DNA of 64,000 bases from Anaeramoeba ignava BMAN (lineage: Eukaryota > Protista > Anaeramoebae), in NCBI GenBank assembly GCA_028826165.1, contig JAPDFW010000112.1, positions 120,996 to 184,995 of the forward strand. The letters are read 5' to 3'. Below, one piece after another: positions 12,901 through 27,900 of this stretch. The notes beneath the pieces were generated by a model. That model was given only the letters and a program-made list of their open reading frames with translations, ran no database searches and was not told the origin of the DNA. The stretch's first letter is position 1. Each line of letters opens with the position of its first letter. The translations under genes were made by a program, and so were the position numbers.

Positions 12901-15900
12901 TGAATTCCGACACAACTATTTTTACACAAGCCTTCAATTAATGGAAAGCATTTCCTACAAAAACGCGGATTTAATTAGTTTAATTTTTCGGTTGATTGCA
13001 AAGAATATTAATGTGATAGAAACTAGTATTGAAAGCAAATTAATGAAGGCAATCCCGTTTGAATTATGGAAACCAAACAAGAAAGATGTGCAAATTTTGG
13101 AAGAATGGCTTTCATTTGGAGATAATTCAAGATTGTTTAGACTATCTCAAGCGCTAATCGATAAACTAAATTTTGGATATTCTCCAAAGAATCGAGATGG
13201 CCAGAACAATGAAGATCAACTCTTCATTCCCGCGTTAATTCATCGGGAAATATTTCTAGCTCTTGCACGAGCTTGGCTAAAATTCAAATCAATTCTGCCA
13301 ATTTTGAAAAAGAAGAAAAAGAAGAAATTCCAATTTTGGTGCTGGAAAACATCTTTTAAATTGAAAATATTTTCGAATTTTGGCAGAAGACTTGCACCAG
13401 CTTTCAAATATGAAACGGATATAAGATTAAAACCTTTGATAAAACAAACATTAACTGAAAAAGGAGCAAATAGTTTTATATCATGGTTTTTATTGATGAC
13501 AACAGATTTTCTTTGGCTTCATTCACAAAAGAATCCGCAAAATAACGCCGAAGAAAAAAAAATGAAAGAATACAAGCAACGCAGATATTTCATGTTTAAT
13601 TCTCTGCAAATAAACAAACACATGCATTGCTTCATCAAGATGCTGTTTTATTATACACTGCAAATTTTGGATCATAAGAATTTTGGAATTCAGGAATTGA
13701 AAGAAAATCAAAATGAAAAGTATTCCTTGAAATTGCATGTCCAAAAAATATACAATGCAGCAATTTATCTCTTTGAAATTTTCCGTTTTGCAATTTCCTC
13801 GCAATATATAAGAACATATTCACCCCCGTTTCTTGTTCACAAAACTTCAGATATAATTTCTCAATTAATCATTTCGATGATTTTTGTTCAAAACAGATTT
13901 CGGGAGTTTAGTGTTTTATCAACTCAAAAAATAGAAGAAAATTTCACTGAAGATTTTATTCAAGATGAATTGAATCAAATTTCAATAGAAATTGGGAAAA
14001 ATATTAAAAGTGAGGAAAAAATAAATCACAAAATCCTTTCAAGATCAGAAGAACTGATTATTTTTTGGGTTTCGATGCTCACTCATTATGAAAACTGGAA
14101 ACAAAATGAAATTACACAAAAATCACTTAATGAGCTGTTTAAATTCACTTTCCAATTTAGAATGGGAGGAATAATCCAGCATTTTTTCCAACTAAAATTC
14201 CCAAAAAATCAAGTACAAAATCTACAACAGAAGAGAATTGAAAAAACCAAATTCTCACCAATTATTGATCGAGAAGATTATGTATTCAACCAGAAAAATC
14301 AGTTGTTAAATCAAAACCCTTTCTTTTTGTTTTTCTTTTTGATTTATGAAACACGGATGCAATATGAAAATCGGAAAATTATTGGGAACGAAATCTTGAA
14401 GAAAACAGAAAAGAAGACAAGAAAGTTTCTGAAGAAGAAAAATATTCAAGATCACTTGAATCATATTTTCTGGTGGATTGAGTTTATTTTCTATTCTAAA
14501 TCAAATAATCCACTTTTGCCTATTATTTACCAAGTATTTTTTTCGTTATTTTTTGAGACCAATTTAACAAATTTGATTTTTGAGGATATGAATAATTTTA
14601 ATGATGCTATTCAAGATCATAATTACAAAAGTGATTTGGGAAATTTTGAAACATATATCAATGATAAAATTGTTTGGTATGGAAAAAGCTTATTATCAAT
14701 GTGCTATAAAATGATAACAAATGGAAATGACTTAATATATCATCTATCAGAAAAGATACATTCTGTTTTGAATGAAAGTCAGCCTTCATTGGAATCTAAA
14801 TTGCCAACAAAATTTGATCCACTTCTTCTTGGGAGAAGGAGTTTGATTTATTCATCTATGGATTTATGGATGAAAGAACCAATATCTTCACTTTTCAAAA
14901 TTATAAAATCAAATCAGAATATGGATATATATAGATACTCTCCAAATCGATTGAATACTGTTTTATTAGGAGATGGTCCAAAAATCAATTTAATTGAAGA
15001 AAAACTTGAAAATTGTTCAAAATTTTTCTCTTCTTTCTGGGATGATTTACTTGAGAATCAACCAATTTTTTATGTTCATGGATTAAGATATGGATTTAAT
15101 TTAGATATTTTTTTTACCCAAACGAAAGTGGAGAAGAATATAAATCAAAATATAAATATAAATACAAATACAAATCAAAAAATAAATCAAAATCAAAAAA
15201 TAAATCAAAATCAAAATATAAATATAAATCAAAATATAAATATAAATATAAATCAAAATCAAAATATAAATCAAAATCAAAATACAAATCAAAATACAAA
15301 TATAAATATAAATCAAAATCAAAATATAAATCAAAATATAAATCAAAATAAAAATATAAATATAAATCAAAATATAAATCAAAATCAAAATATAAATACA
15401 AATATAAATATAAATCAAAATCAAAATATAAATCAAAATCAAATTCATCCCATTTTTCAACAAATAAATCTTTTAATGGAACAATTCCGAGCATTTTACT
15501 TAAAAGGAAAAGAAATTGATCAACAATTTACTGATTTACAACCCAAATTATTTTTCAACCAAAAATTTGCAAAACGTATTGCATTTTTTGAAGAATATAT
15601 TATTGATAACGGAAATGTTTTTTTAATAAACAAAATATCGCAAAATGAAGTTGTTCTATTTAATTCTAAAATCAACCGAAAAAAATATAATTCGCTTTTT
15701 CATTTTCACATGATTGATCCTTCTATATCAATAAATTTAATTTTGATACTAGAAAAACATATCAAGTCATTAATTAAGAAAAAAAAGAAAGGAAAGGAAG
15801 GAAGTATTACTCATTCAATAAACTTGGAATTAAAAGAAATGAAAAGTCTTGAAGATATTTATTTTTGGAGTAATTTATTATTAGATTTATTAGCAAATAA

Positions 15901-18778
15901 ATGCTGTTGTTTTTATTCACCAATGATTAACTTATGTGTGGAAGTACTTCCTGGAATTATTGAAATTATTTTTGGAGATATTCAAAAAGAAAAAATAATA
16001 GAAGTTAATGGGAAGTTGATTAATTTTGAACAAAAAACAATATCTGTTTTCATATCTTTATTAAATATCAAATTATATGAATATTTCCCGAAACTTTATC
16101 AAATTCTTGAAGGGTTTTTGCAAAAAATAATTTCACATCAAAATTTTGATAATTTATATACAATTTTTAAAGTGATATTATTGAATACTATTAAGAAAAA
16201 ATGTCATCCAAATGCTTGGGATCTAATTACTAATTCGCAACTTTTGAAGAATTTTTCAAGTGAAAATATCAGCAAATCAATTAATATATTTTTGAAAGCA
16301 TTTCAATTTTTAAAAGCAAGATTAGTTCGCCAATTCTTAGAAGAAAAAATCAAGAAGAAAAACGATGGAAATGAAACTTTCATTGTTGGAAATGTGAATT
16401 TGAATAATTTCTTATTAGAATATACTGAAAAGATCATGAAATTGGTATCAAATTTGCTTAAGGCATCGAATAACAAAGGAAAAAAGAATAATGGATATCA
16501 AAACCAATTAGTGTTTGAAATATTTGCTCCATTTATTGAAACTAGAAGAGATGGGAAATATGTATTTTTACCTTTTTCTTTTGATGAAAATGAAATTTTA
16601 CAAGCAAAAATTATTATCAAAACGTTTTGCAAGCAATTTAAACAATGGGGAAATGAAGAATATTTCATTTCTGATTTTGGGCATATTTTGGGAAATTGTA
16701 AAATGGAAACAGAATATTTATCATCCTTATTTTTTGATGTTTTCAAAAGTGATCTTCCTTTCAAAGAAGTTGAAGTTAATTTACCAATTATTTCTTGGCT
16801 GACTGAAAATGTAGGGTTTAATAACTCAATTTTTATTATTGATGTTATTGGAAAATTTCAATGGAATAAGTTTTTGGAAATGAATTTTAAAGAAATGGCT
16901 ATAGGAAGTAATTATAGAGAAGATAAATTTTTAGAGTCGATATTACATTTATTTTTAACACTAATTACTAACATACCAAATGATCTTACATTTGAGGAAG
17001 ATTGCTATATAAAAAGCAAAATGATTGATTTTGTTGGGAAGTTCAAATGGGAGAATATAAATGAAGAAGATTATATTCAAGTAAATAATTTGTGTCTGAA
17101 ATGGGTCAAGAATCCTCAATTGAAAGATGTTAAAAATGATGGTTTTTTTAGTAATTTTGATGATGAAAATATTGAATTACAAGATGATTTGAAAAATTAC
17201 ATTTCTCTTTGTTCAAAAGATGAATTTACAATGATCTTTATATTGAGACTTTTAGAGGTTGTTGGTAAAGTTTTAGAAATTCCTAATCAGAAAAAATTTG
17301 AAGTTTTAATAGAAACTATATACAAGTTAATTTTGGAGATGATTTCTCAAGAAAATTTAACAAGAGGATATATGATGAAAAAGGGAGAAAATTTGATTGA
17401 AAAACGATTAGAATTTTTAAATTATTATGAAAATGAAAATGAAAATGAAAATTTAAATCAAATTCAAAATGAAAATTTAAATCAAAATCAAAATCTAAAT
17501 GAAAATCTAAATCAAAATCAAAATCAAAATCAAAATCAAAATTTAAATCAAAATCAAATTGAAAATGAAAATGAAAATCAAAATCAAAATCAAAATTTAT
17601 ATCAAAATCAAAATCAAAATATAAATCAAAATGCTCAATGGGTAATTTCTTGGAAATTTATTCTTCAAATTTATTATTATCTACTCCATCTTATTTTTAA
17701 AGAATACCAAATTTCAAGAAATGTTAATGAAAATATTATGAAACTTTCACTCTCATTAATGAATACAAAATCGAGTTTTCTCTCGAAAAATATGATAGTT
17801 CTAACTTTTAATTTTGTGGAAGAGTTTCCTTTGATGGGTTTTTATATTGCAAAAAATATAAATGAAAGTTTGAATTCAGATATATCCAAAATATTTCTAC
17901 TTGAAAAATGCACAAATAGTCTTCTTGCAAATACAATTTTGAAAGATGAAAAAACACAAGAGATGATGAGATTACCTCTTGAGAAAGAAGAAATACAAAG
18001 ATGTATTGATGATTATGGAGGTTCTCATGTTATTTTGTATCAATTTCTGAGAAATATTGAAATTGCAAAAAATAGTGATGGAAAAATTGGATTGAATTAT
18101 TTAGTGAAATTGAATCAATGGATTTTTACTTTAATATTGAGTATTCCATTTTTATTAGGAAATGAATATAAAATGACGACTTTGGTTTTGTTGTATCTTT
18201 CGAATTTGAAGTTGTTATTCAGGAATGAGAATAAGATTAGCAAAGAATATGAATCAAAACAAAAAATGCAATTGAAAGAATTAGGATTTGTATTTGATCA
18301 AATGCGTTTAGAGGTTTCACGAATCCAGAAGAAGAATTTAAAGCAAGATATTGTGTTTCCAAAAGTATATATTTTGTGTTTTTCGATTCTTGGAATGTTT
18401 TTTGAAAATCAAGACAGTTTAATTTTGAATGAACTTCCAAATGGAATGAAAAAATTAAAGAAGAAAGAAAAGAAGATGAATCACTCACAACAATTAAAGT
18501 TAATCAAAGTGAAGAAAAAGGTACAGAAGATATTGAGTGGATTGAAGAAGGAATTAGTTTTGAATGGATATTCTGGTAATGAGAAATTTGGAGAAGAAAT
18601 TTTGAAGATATTTGAAGAAAAGAAGAAAGATCTTGTTTTTTATGTTGAGAGTGGGATAGATTTGATATATTTTATTGCGAAGATTTTATCTTTTGATTAT
18701 AAGGATCGAGATTATTTGCTTGTTATTGAGAAGATTTATTTAGGAGAATTTAAGATTGAAATTTCTGACAAGAATTAA
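9962..18778 (+). CDS. EPG5: Ectopic P-granules protein 5 (EPG5) homolog, autophagosome-lysosome tether
   Basis: ATG at 9962; phase-0 intron 10046..10126 joins in frame to ORF 10238; an NQ tract with frameshifts (~10520-11620) precedes ORF 11789..18778. EPG5-like motifs: KAIPFELWKPNKKDVQILEEWL, LIDKLNFG, LFIPALIHREI, PLLPIIYQVFFSLFF. Confidence 0.7.
10520..11620 (+). repeat. (AATCAA)n microsatellite, Asn-Gln coding tract within the EPG5-like gene
   Basis: Long run of aaatca/aatcaa hexamers with occasional indels. Confidence 0.85.
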
Positions 18779-18819
18779 ATTGAATTTAATAAAGATAAAA
18801 ATAAAAAGCAAAAATAAAA

Positions 18820-21442
18820 AATTTAAATTAAAAAATTTTAAATATAAATTTAAATAAAAAGATTTAATTATTAAATGGTTAATATTATAATATTAAATAA
18901 TTATATTTTATTATTAAATATTTTTTATCCGATTTTTATTTATATTTTTTAATTTTAAAATTATTAATATAAATAAATATATTTTTAAAAAATTTAAATT
19001 AAAAAATTTTAAATATAAATTTATTTAAATAAATTTAATGATTAAATAATTAATATTATAATATTAAATAATTATATTTTATTATTAAATATTTTTTATC
19101 CGATTTTTATTTATATTTTTATTTAAAATTATTAATATAAATATATATATTTTTAAAAATTTAAATTAAAAATTTTAAATATAAATTTATTTAAATAAGA
19201 TTTAATTATTAAATAATTAATATTATAATATTAAATAATTATATTTTATTATTAAATATTTTTATCCGATTTTTATTTATATTTTTAATTTAAAATTATT
19301 AATATAAATAAATATATTTTAAAAATTTAAAAAATTAAAAAAAATTTTTTTTATTTAAATAAATTTAATTATTAAATAGTTAATATTTAATATTAAAAAA
19401 TTATTAAATATTTTTATCCGATTTTTATTTATATTTTTAAAATTAATATAAATAAATATATTTTTAAAAATTTAAATTAAAAATTTTTTAAATTTATTAA
19501 AAAAAGTTAATTAATATTATATTATTAAATAATTATATTTTATTATTAAATATTTTTATCCGATTTTTTTTTTTATTTTTTTTAAAATTTAAAATTATTT
19601 ATATAAATAAATATATTTTTAAAAATTTAAATTAAAAATTTTAAATATAAATTTATTTAAATAAAAGATTTAATTATTAAATAATTAATATTATAATATT
19701 AAATATTTATATTTTATTATTAAATATTTTTATCCGATTTTTATTTATATTTTAAAATTTAAAATTATTAATATAAATAAATATATTTTTAAAAATTTAA
19801 ATTAAAAATTTTAAATATAAATTTATTTTAAATAAAAAGATTTAATTCATTAAATGGTTAATATTATAATATTAAATATTTATATTTTATTATTAAATAT
19901 TTTTATCCGATTTTTATTTATATTTTTAATTTAAAATAATTAATATAAATAAATATATTTTTAAAAAATTTAAATTAAAAAATTTTAAATATAAATTTAT
20001 TTAAATAAAAGACGCGATGGCCGAGTGGTTAATATTATAATATTAAATATTTATATTTTATTATTAAATATTTTTATCCGATTTTTATTTTTTTTTATAT
20101 TTTTAAAAAATTTATTAAAATAATTAATAATATAAATAAATATATTTTTAAAAATTTAAATTAAAAATTTTAAATATAAAAATTTATTTAAATAAAAATT
20201 TTTAAATATTAAATTTAATTAATATTATAATATTAAATAATTATATTTTATTATTAAATATTTTTATCCGATTTTTATTTATATTTTTAATTTTTAATTA
20301 TTTATATAAATAAATATATTTTTAAAAATTTAAATTAAAAATTTTAAATATAAATTTATTTATATTTTAAAAAAATTTAATTAATTAAATAAAATATTTT
20401 TAAAAATTTAAATTATTAAATATTATAATATAATATTTAATATTTTTATATTTTATTATTAAATATTTTTATCCGATTTTTATTTATATTTTTAAATTTA
20501 AAATAATTAATATAAATAAATATATTTTTAAAAATTTAAATTAAAAATTTTAAATATAAATTTATTTATAAAAAATTTAATTATTAAATGGTTAATATTA
20601 TAATATTAAATATTTTATATTTTATTATTAAATATTTTTATCCGATTTTTATTTTATATTTTAATTTTAAAAATAATTAATATAAATAAATATATTTTTA
20701 AAAATTTAAATTAAAAATTTTAAATATAAATTTATTTAAAAAAGATTTAATTATTAAATAATTAATATTATAATATTAAATATTTATATTTTTATTATTA
20801 AATATTTTTATCCGATTTTTATTTATATTTTTAAAATTTAAAAAAATTTCTTTATTTATATAAATAAATATATTTTTAAAAAATTTAAAGATAAATTAAA
20901 AATTTTTAAATATAAATTTATTTAAAATAAATTTAATTATTAAATAATTAATATTATAATATTAAATATTTATATTTTATTATTAAATATTTTTATCCGA
21001 TTTTTATTTATATTTTTAAAATTTTTAAAATAATTAATATAAATAAATATATTTTTAAAAATTTAAATTAAAAATTTTAAATATAAATTTATTTAAATAA
21101 ATTTAATTATTAAATAGTTAATATTATAATATTAAATATTTATATTTTATTATTAAATATTTTTTATCCGATTTTTATTTATATTTTAAAATTTTAAAAT
21201 AATTAATATAAATAAATATATTTTTAAAAAATTTAAATTTAAAAATTTTAAATATAAATTTATTTATATAAATTTAATGATTAAATATTTAATATTATAA
21301 TATTAAATAATTATATTTAATTATTAAATATTTTTTATCCGATTTTTATTTATATTTTAAAATTAAAAATATTAATATAAATATATATATTTTTAAAAAA
21401 TTTAAATTAAAAAATTTTAAATATAAATTTATTTAAATAAAA
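18820..21442. repeat. Tandem array of 15 ~172-bp units ending at tRNA-Ser; each unit carries an invariant TTTTATCCGATTTTT
   Basis: ATCCG found at ~18927, 19098, 19264, 19416, 19558, 19732, 19905, 20076, 20266, 20471, 20640, 20810, 20995, 21166 and 21337. Confidence 0.9.
20011..20032 (+). pseudogene. 5' fragment of tRNA-Ser embedded in an array unit
   Basis: GACGCGATGGCCGAGTGGTTAA is identical to 21443-21464 and lies at the same 106-bp offset from the preceding ATCCG. Confidence 0.85.
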
Positions 21443-21555
21443 GACGCGATGGCCGAGTGGTTAAGGCGGTAGACTCGAAAAAATTAATTAAAAAATTTTT
21501 ATTTCTTGAAATCTACTTCCCTTTGGGAGCGCAGGTTCAAATCCTGCTCGCGTCG
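21443..21555 (+). tRNA. tRNA-Ser (CGA) with a 31-nt intron (21480..21510)
   Basis: Acceptor stem GACGCGA/TCGCGTC, D-loop/A-box TGGCCGAGTGGTTAAGGC, anticodon stem GTAGA/TCTAC, long variable arm TTCCCTTTGGGAG, T-loop GGTTCAAATCC, discriminator G, followed by a T11 run. Confidence 0.93.
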
Positions 21556-21566
21556 TTTTTTTTTTT
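21556..21566 (+). terminator. RNA polymerase III oligo-T terminator
   Basis: T11 immediately 3' of the tRNA. Confidence 0.7.
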
Positions 21567-21994
21567 AATTTAATTTTTAATTTAATTTAAAATTAATTAT
21601 TTTTTAATTTAATTTAGATTTAATTGTATTTTTTAATTTAATTTAGATTTAATTTAAATTAATTATTTTTAATTTAATTTAGAATTTAAATTAAAAGAAA
21701 AGAAAAATGAAAAGCTAAATTTTTATTATTTCCTTCAAAAACCAATTTAAAACCAATTTAAAAATCAATTTTAAAAACCAATTTAAAAAAATTTAAAAAA
21801 ATTCAAAAAAAAAAAAATAAAAAAAGCAAAATTCAAAAATCAATTTAAAAAAATTTAAAAAAAAAATTAAAAATCAATTTAATCAATTCAAAAATCAATT
21901 TTAAAAATCAATTCAAAAATCAATTTTAAAAATCAATTTAAAAATCAATTTTAAAAACCAATTTTAAAAACCAATTTAAAAACCAATTTAAAAA

Positions 21995-24900
21995 TTAATT
22001 CTTTGTTGCTTTTCTAATTAATACCATCCAATTATCCAAATCTGTTTTTGAATCAGAACTAATGGAATAAACATTTTTACTTTGTTTAATTGAAAAAGAA
22101 CCACCCTTTTTAGATTTTGTTGAATCCAAACTAATTCTGATACTTGAATCTAAATAAATCCATTCTTCAGGAAAATCAACAGGACTTGAAGGTTGGTCCT
22201 TGTAAATCAACAGAAACTTTTCTTTGAGTTGAATAAACTTCTTTTTGAAACTTTTTTTGTTGCTTGTCTTCCAATTTAGAAGTCCTTGTTTGATATTTGG
22301 AGTATTAAAAAGAGAGGGATAATTTTCCTCAAAATGATCTCTAATAAACTCAAAATCCAAATGTTGAATCATCATCTTTGGTTTTTGATCACTTGATTGA
22401 TTTGAGTTTTGCATTTTGATTGGAGTGGGTGATTTGGATAAATTTTTTTGAGAAGAAAGTCTTGGCGAAAGTGGAGACACTCTTTTAGATTGTTTTTCAA
22501 TTTGCTGTTCTTTTGAATTTCGATAGACTTGTTTCATTTGAGTTGAGTCTGTCTTTTTGGATTTATTTTGATATGGACTTTCTTGTTTGTACTGGCTTTC
22601 TTGTTTCTGGTTTTGATTTGAGACCACTTCAAGTTCTTGTGTAGATGTTATTATATGAATTGGCTTTTTGTCGGTTTTTTCTTGATTTTCTTTTTCTTTG
22701 TTTTCTTTTTCTTTGTTTTCTTTGTTTTCTTTGTTTTCTTTACTTTCTTGAATGAACTGAGACATCATGTATTTGGATTGTTTTGATTTAAGTTGTGAAT
22801 TTGTTTCATGGAATAAAGTTTTTAAATCACGAACATGAGAAAGATTTCTGTTTAAATCTTTGTAAATTCTTTCGAGTCTCATAATTCCCATTTCGCTTAA
22901 ATAGTCATCCATGAAATCAAACAAATATTCTTGAATACTTGACATTATTTCCGCGATAATTTTTGGATCTTGTGTTGTATTTATATTTGTATTTGTATTT
23001 ATATTTATATTTGGAATTTCATTTGAATTAGATGAAAGGAATGATGGTTCAAACAAGCGATATAAAAGTAATGGGCTAATTGATTCTCTTTTCCTGAGTG
23101 GGATTTGCTCTTTGATTTTAATTGGTATTTGTTCTTGTTCTGATTCTCCGTTAAAGATTTTTTCAAAAACATTCTCGTCAAGTAGGTTTTCTTGTGGGGT
23201 ATTTGGTTGTGTTTTATTTGCAATCATTTCTCGAATTTCTCTTGGATGAAAGTTTTTGTTGTTGATTGGTTGAGTTTTCATGGTTTCAAGGAGTTCATTT
23301 TGGATCTTGAATAGTATTTGGTGAGCAGTCTAATGAAAATATTTTTATATTTTATTATAAATATTTTATAAATATTTTTATATTTTATTATAAATATTTT
23401 TATATATTTTATTATAAATATTTTTATAAATATTTTATTATAAATATTTTTAAATATTTTTATATATATTTTTATATATTTTATTATATATATTTTTATA
23501 TATTTTATTATAAATATTTTTATATATTTTATTATATATATTTATATAAATATTTTTATATATTTTATTATAAATATTTTTATATTTTATTATAAATATT
23601 ATATATTTTTTTATATATTATAAATATTTTATATTTTTTTATATTTTATTTTTTTTTATATTTTTTTTATTTATATTTTTTATATATTTTATTATAAATA
23701 TTTTATAAATATTTTATATTTTATTATAAATATTTTATAAATATTTTTATATATTTTTTATATATTTTATTATAAATATTTTTATAAATATTTTATAAAT
23801 ATTTTTATAAATATTTTATAAATATTTTTATATATTTTATTATAAATATTTTATAAATATTTTTATATATTTTATTATAAATATTTTTATATATTTTTTT
23901 ATAAATATTTTTATATATTTTATTATAAATATTTTATAAATATTATATATATATTTTTTATAAATATTTTTATATATATTTTATTATATATATATTTTTA
24001 TATATATTTTTACCTTATCAGGATCAGTCAAGCCTAAAGTCGAGAAAAGTGATGAAAGAAAGGCAGGGATTCTATTCCACAATACTTTTATATTCAAAAT
24101 ATTATCAAAACAACGGAAAAGTTGTTGTTCAATTATTCCACACTCTTCCCCTACAAATCATATTTTATTAATTTATTTATTAAATTATTTATTAATTTAT
24201 TTATTAATTTATTAATTTATTTATTAAATAATTTATTAATTTATTAATTTATTAATTTATTGATTATACTTGAAACACCATCTTTTAATAAAGCATTTTC
24301 TTTAAGAAGTAAAACAATATGATGCGCTAAAAACTTATTAAAATTAAAATTGAACATAAAAATCACAAAAAGAATTCTAACTGAAGTTATAAATTCAAAT
24401 TCTTCATCGAAACTAATGTGATTTTCTTCGACAATGTGTTGAAATAATTCATATTCTATAAAAACAAGGCGATCAAATCCTAAAGATATTTCTTTTTTGA
24501 TTGGATCGAGAAATGATTTTTTGACCAAATTAAGTCCATAAAATGAAACAACTTTTTGAATTGCGTTCAAAAGATGAGGAATACTTGAAATGATATCTTC
24601 CTAAATTTTTTAGATAATTTTATATTTATTTAAAATTTATTTAAAATTGATATTTATTTATTTGATATTTATTTAAAATTGATATTTATTTAAAATAGAT
24701 ATTTATTTATTTAAAATAGATATTTATTTATTTAAAATTGATAGTTATTTATTTAAAATTGATATTTATTTAAAATTGATATTTATTTAAAATTGTTTTG
24801 TATTTTGTTTACATTTGCTCGTCTTTGTTTAATTGAATTGATTTCTTGAGAAATATTCATTAAATCAAAAGGTAGTGAAAATTTATTAAGAATTGTATTC

Positions 24901-27900
24901 ATTATTGAAAAATTTGAGCTAATTTGATTCCATAGTGTTTCTGATTGCTTAATAATTTCCATATTGTAATTTGCAAAATTAATAAGTATTTGTGCTTTTT
25001 CAACATCAATATTTTCGCTCATCAAAAACACAATTGGCCGCTTCTCATCAGTTTCTTTATTATCCTTCTTTTCGTTAACATTTTCTTTAAGATTCTTAGT
25101 TGATTGGAGTTTTTTCTCAATTGAAACCAATTTTGACTTCAAATCCTCAATTTTTTGTTTTTCTTCATCAACCATAGATTGGGTAGATTCCAAATCGTTG
25201 GTTTTCTTAACAAGATCTTCTTCAAGTTTCTTTAATTGATCTTCAGCTTTTTTAACTCGAAAATTCCCAGTGTTTGATTTTGATTCTTCATTTTCGACTT
25301 GCTGTTTTTGTTCAGGTTGAGGAGCAGTAAATTTACTCAAAGATTGTGTGTGAGGAATAGGTTTAGCAACAATGTTACTGGGCTGCTCTTTGGGAGGAGA
25401 CTGGAAAGATATACTTGGTTGGGATTGTTGTCTCTTGATTTTTGCAATGATTTCATTGATATCTTTTTTGGGTTCAGTTGTTTGTGTTTGTGGATTCTCA
25501 ACCGCTTTATTTTGTGTAGTAGATGAAGTATAGGATGTTGTGGAAGTTGAGAGAACGGGATTTTTCCTATATTTACTAAAGGGATTCAACACCGTTTTTT
25601 GTGGAAGTGCTTGATTTTCAACCGTTTGTTGATTTTGAACAGAATTTGTATCGTTTGATTTGCTATTCAATACTGGATTGGGTTTCGGGTTCGTTTTTGC
25701 ATTCGATGTCGTGTTGACTGAAGTTGTCATGTTTGTTGTTTTATTCGATGTGTTTTGTGCTGCTTGTTTGTTCATTTTTAATTTTTCTAAAATTGACATT
25801 GTTGATGTGGTTTTTGTTTTTGAAAGTATTTTTTGAACGTTTGATGAAAAGACATTTGGTGTGGATGTTGTTGTTGTTTTTTGAGCTTGTTTTTTTGTTG
25901 GTTTGTTTTTGACTGCTGGACTCCAAAGAAATAAATTAGAAACTAACTTGACAAGTTCAGCTTCATTTGGCTTTAAGGAGATAATAAATGATATTAAAGT
26001 GTATTTTATTATTTTTTATTATTATTTTTTATTATTTTTTATTATTATTTTTACTTTCTCAATATCTGTCTCAGTACAAAATGGTCCAGTAAAGTCTGTT
26101 TGTTTCAATAAATCAAGAAATTTTTGAGATCTTTGTGATTCAATTGGCCATTTTGCAACAGAAACAAAATCAAGATCAGTTGTTGTAATTTCTGATAAAA
26201 GAAACGATAAAGCAATACAATTCTGGAAAAATTCAAATCAAAAATTTAATTCATAAAATATTTAATTCAAAAATATTTAATTCAAAAATATTTAATTTAA
26301 TAATATTTAATTTAAAAATATTTAATTTAATAATATTTAATTTAAAAATATTTAATTTAATAATATTTAATTCAAAAATATTTAATTCAAAAATATTTAA
26401 TTCAAAATATTTAATTTCATAATATTTAATTCAAAAATATTTAATTTCAAAAAATATTTAATTTAATAATATTTAATTCAAAAATATTTAATTTCAAAAA
26501 ATATTTAATTTAATAATATTTAATTTAATAATATTTAATTCATAAATATTTAATTCAAAAATATTTAATTCAAAATATTTAATTTAATAATATTTAATTT
26601 AAAAATATTTAATTTAAAAATATTTAATTCAATAATATTTAATTCAATAATATTTAATTTAATAATATTTAATTTAATAATATTTAATTTAATAATATTT
26701 AATTTAATAATATTTAATTTAATAATATTTAATTTAATAATATTTAATTCATAAATATTTAATTCAAAAATATTTAATTTAATAAATATTTAATTTAATA
26801 ATATTTAATTCATAAATATTTAATTTAATAATATTTAATTTTATAATATTTAATTTAATAAATATTTAATTTAATAATATTTAATTTAATAATATTTAAT
26901 TTAATAAATATTTAATTTAATAATATTTAATTTAATAATATTTAATTTAATAATATTTAATTTAATAATATTTAATTTCAAAAATATTTAATTCATAAAT
27001 ATTTAATTTAATAATATTTAATTTAAAAATATTTAATTTAATAATATTTAATTTAATAAATATTTAATTTAATAATATTTAATTTAATAAATATTTAATT
27101 CAAAAATATTTAATTTAATAAATATTTAATTTAAAAATATTTAATTTAATAAATATTTAATTTAATAAATATTTAATTTAATAATATTTAATTTAATAAT
27201 ATTTAATTTCATAAATATTTAATTTAATAATATTTAATTCAAAAATATTTAATTCAAAAATATTTAATTTAATAATATTTAATTTAATAATATTTAATTC
27301 AAAAATATTTAATTTAATAATATTTAATTTATAAATATTTAATTTAAAAATATTTAATTTAATAATATTTAATTTAATAATATTTAATTATTATAATATT
27401 TAATTTTATAATATTTAATTTAAAATATTTAATTCAATAATATTTAATTCATAAATATTTAATTTAATAATATTTAATTCATAAATATTTAATTTAAAAA
27501 TATTTAATTCATAAATATTTAATTTAATAATATTTAATTTAATAATATTTAATTTAAAAATATTTAATTTAAAAATATTTAATTTAATAATATTTAATTT
27601 AATAATATTTAATTTAATAAATATTTAATTTAATAATATTTAATTCAAAAATATTTAATTTAATAATATTTAATTTAATAATATTTAATTCAAAAATATT
27701 TAATTTAAAAATATTTAATTTAATAAATATTTAATTTAAAAATATTTAATTTAATATATTTAATTCATAAATATTTAATTTAATAATATTTAATTCAATA
27801 ATATTTAATTTAATAATATTTAATTTCAAAATATTTAATTCAATAATATTTAATTCAATAATATTTAATTTCAAAATATTTAATTCAAAAATATTTAATT

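Noticed and set aside
18820-21442. CRISPR-like or spliced-leader array
   Set aside because: Whole units are repeated with no unique spacers, and no SL-RNA features are recognisable.
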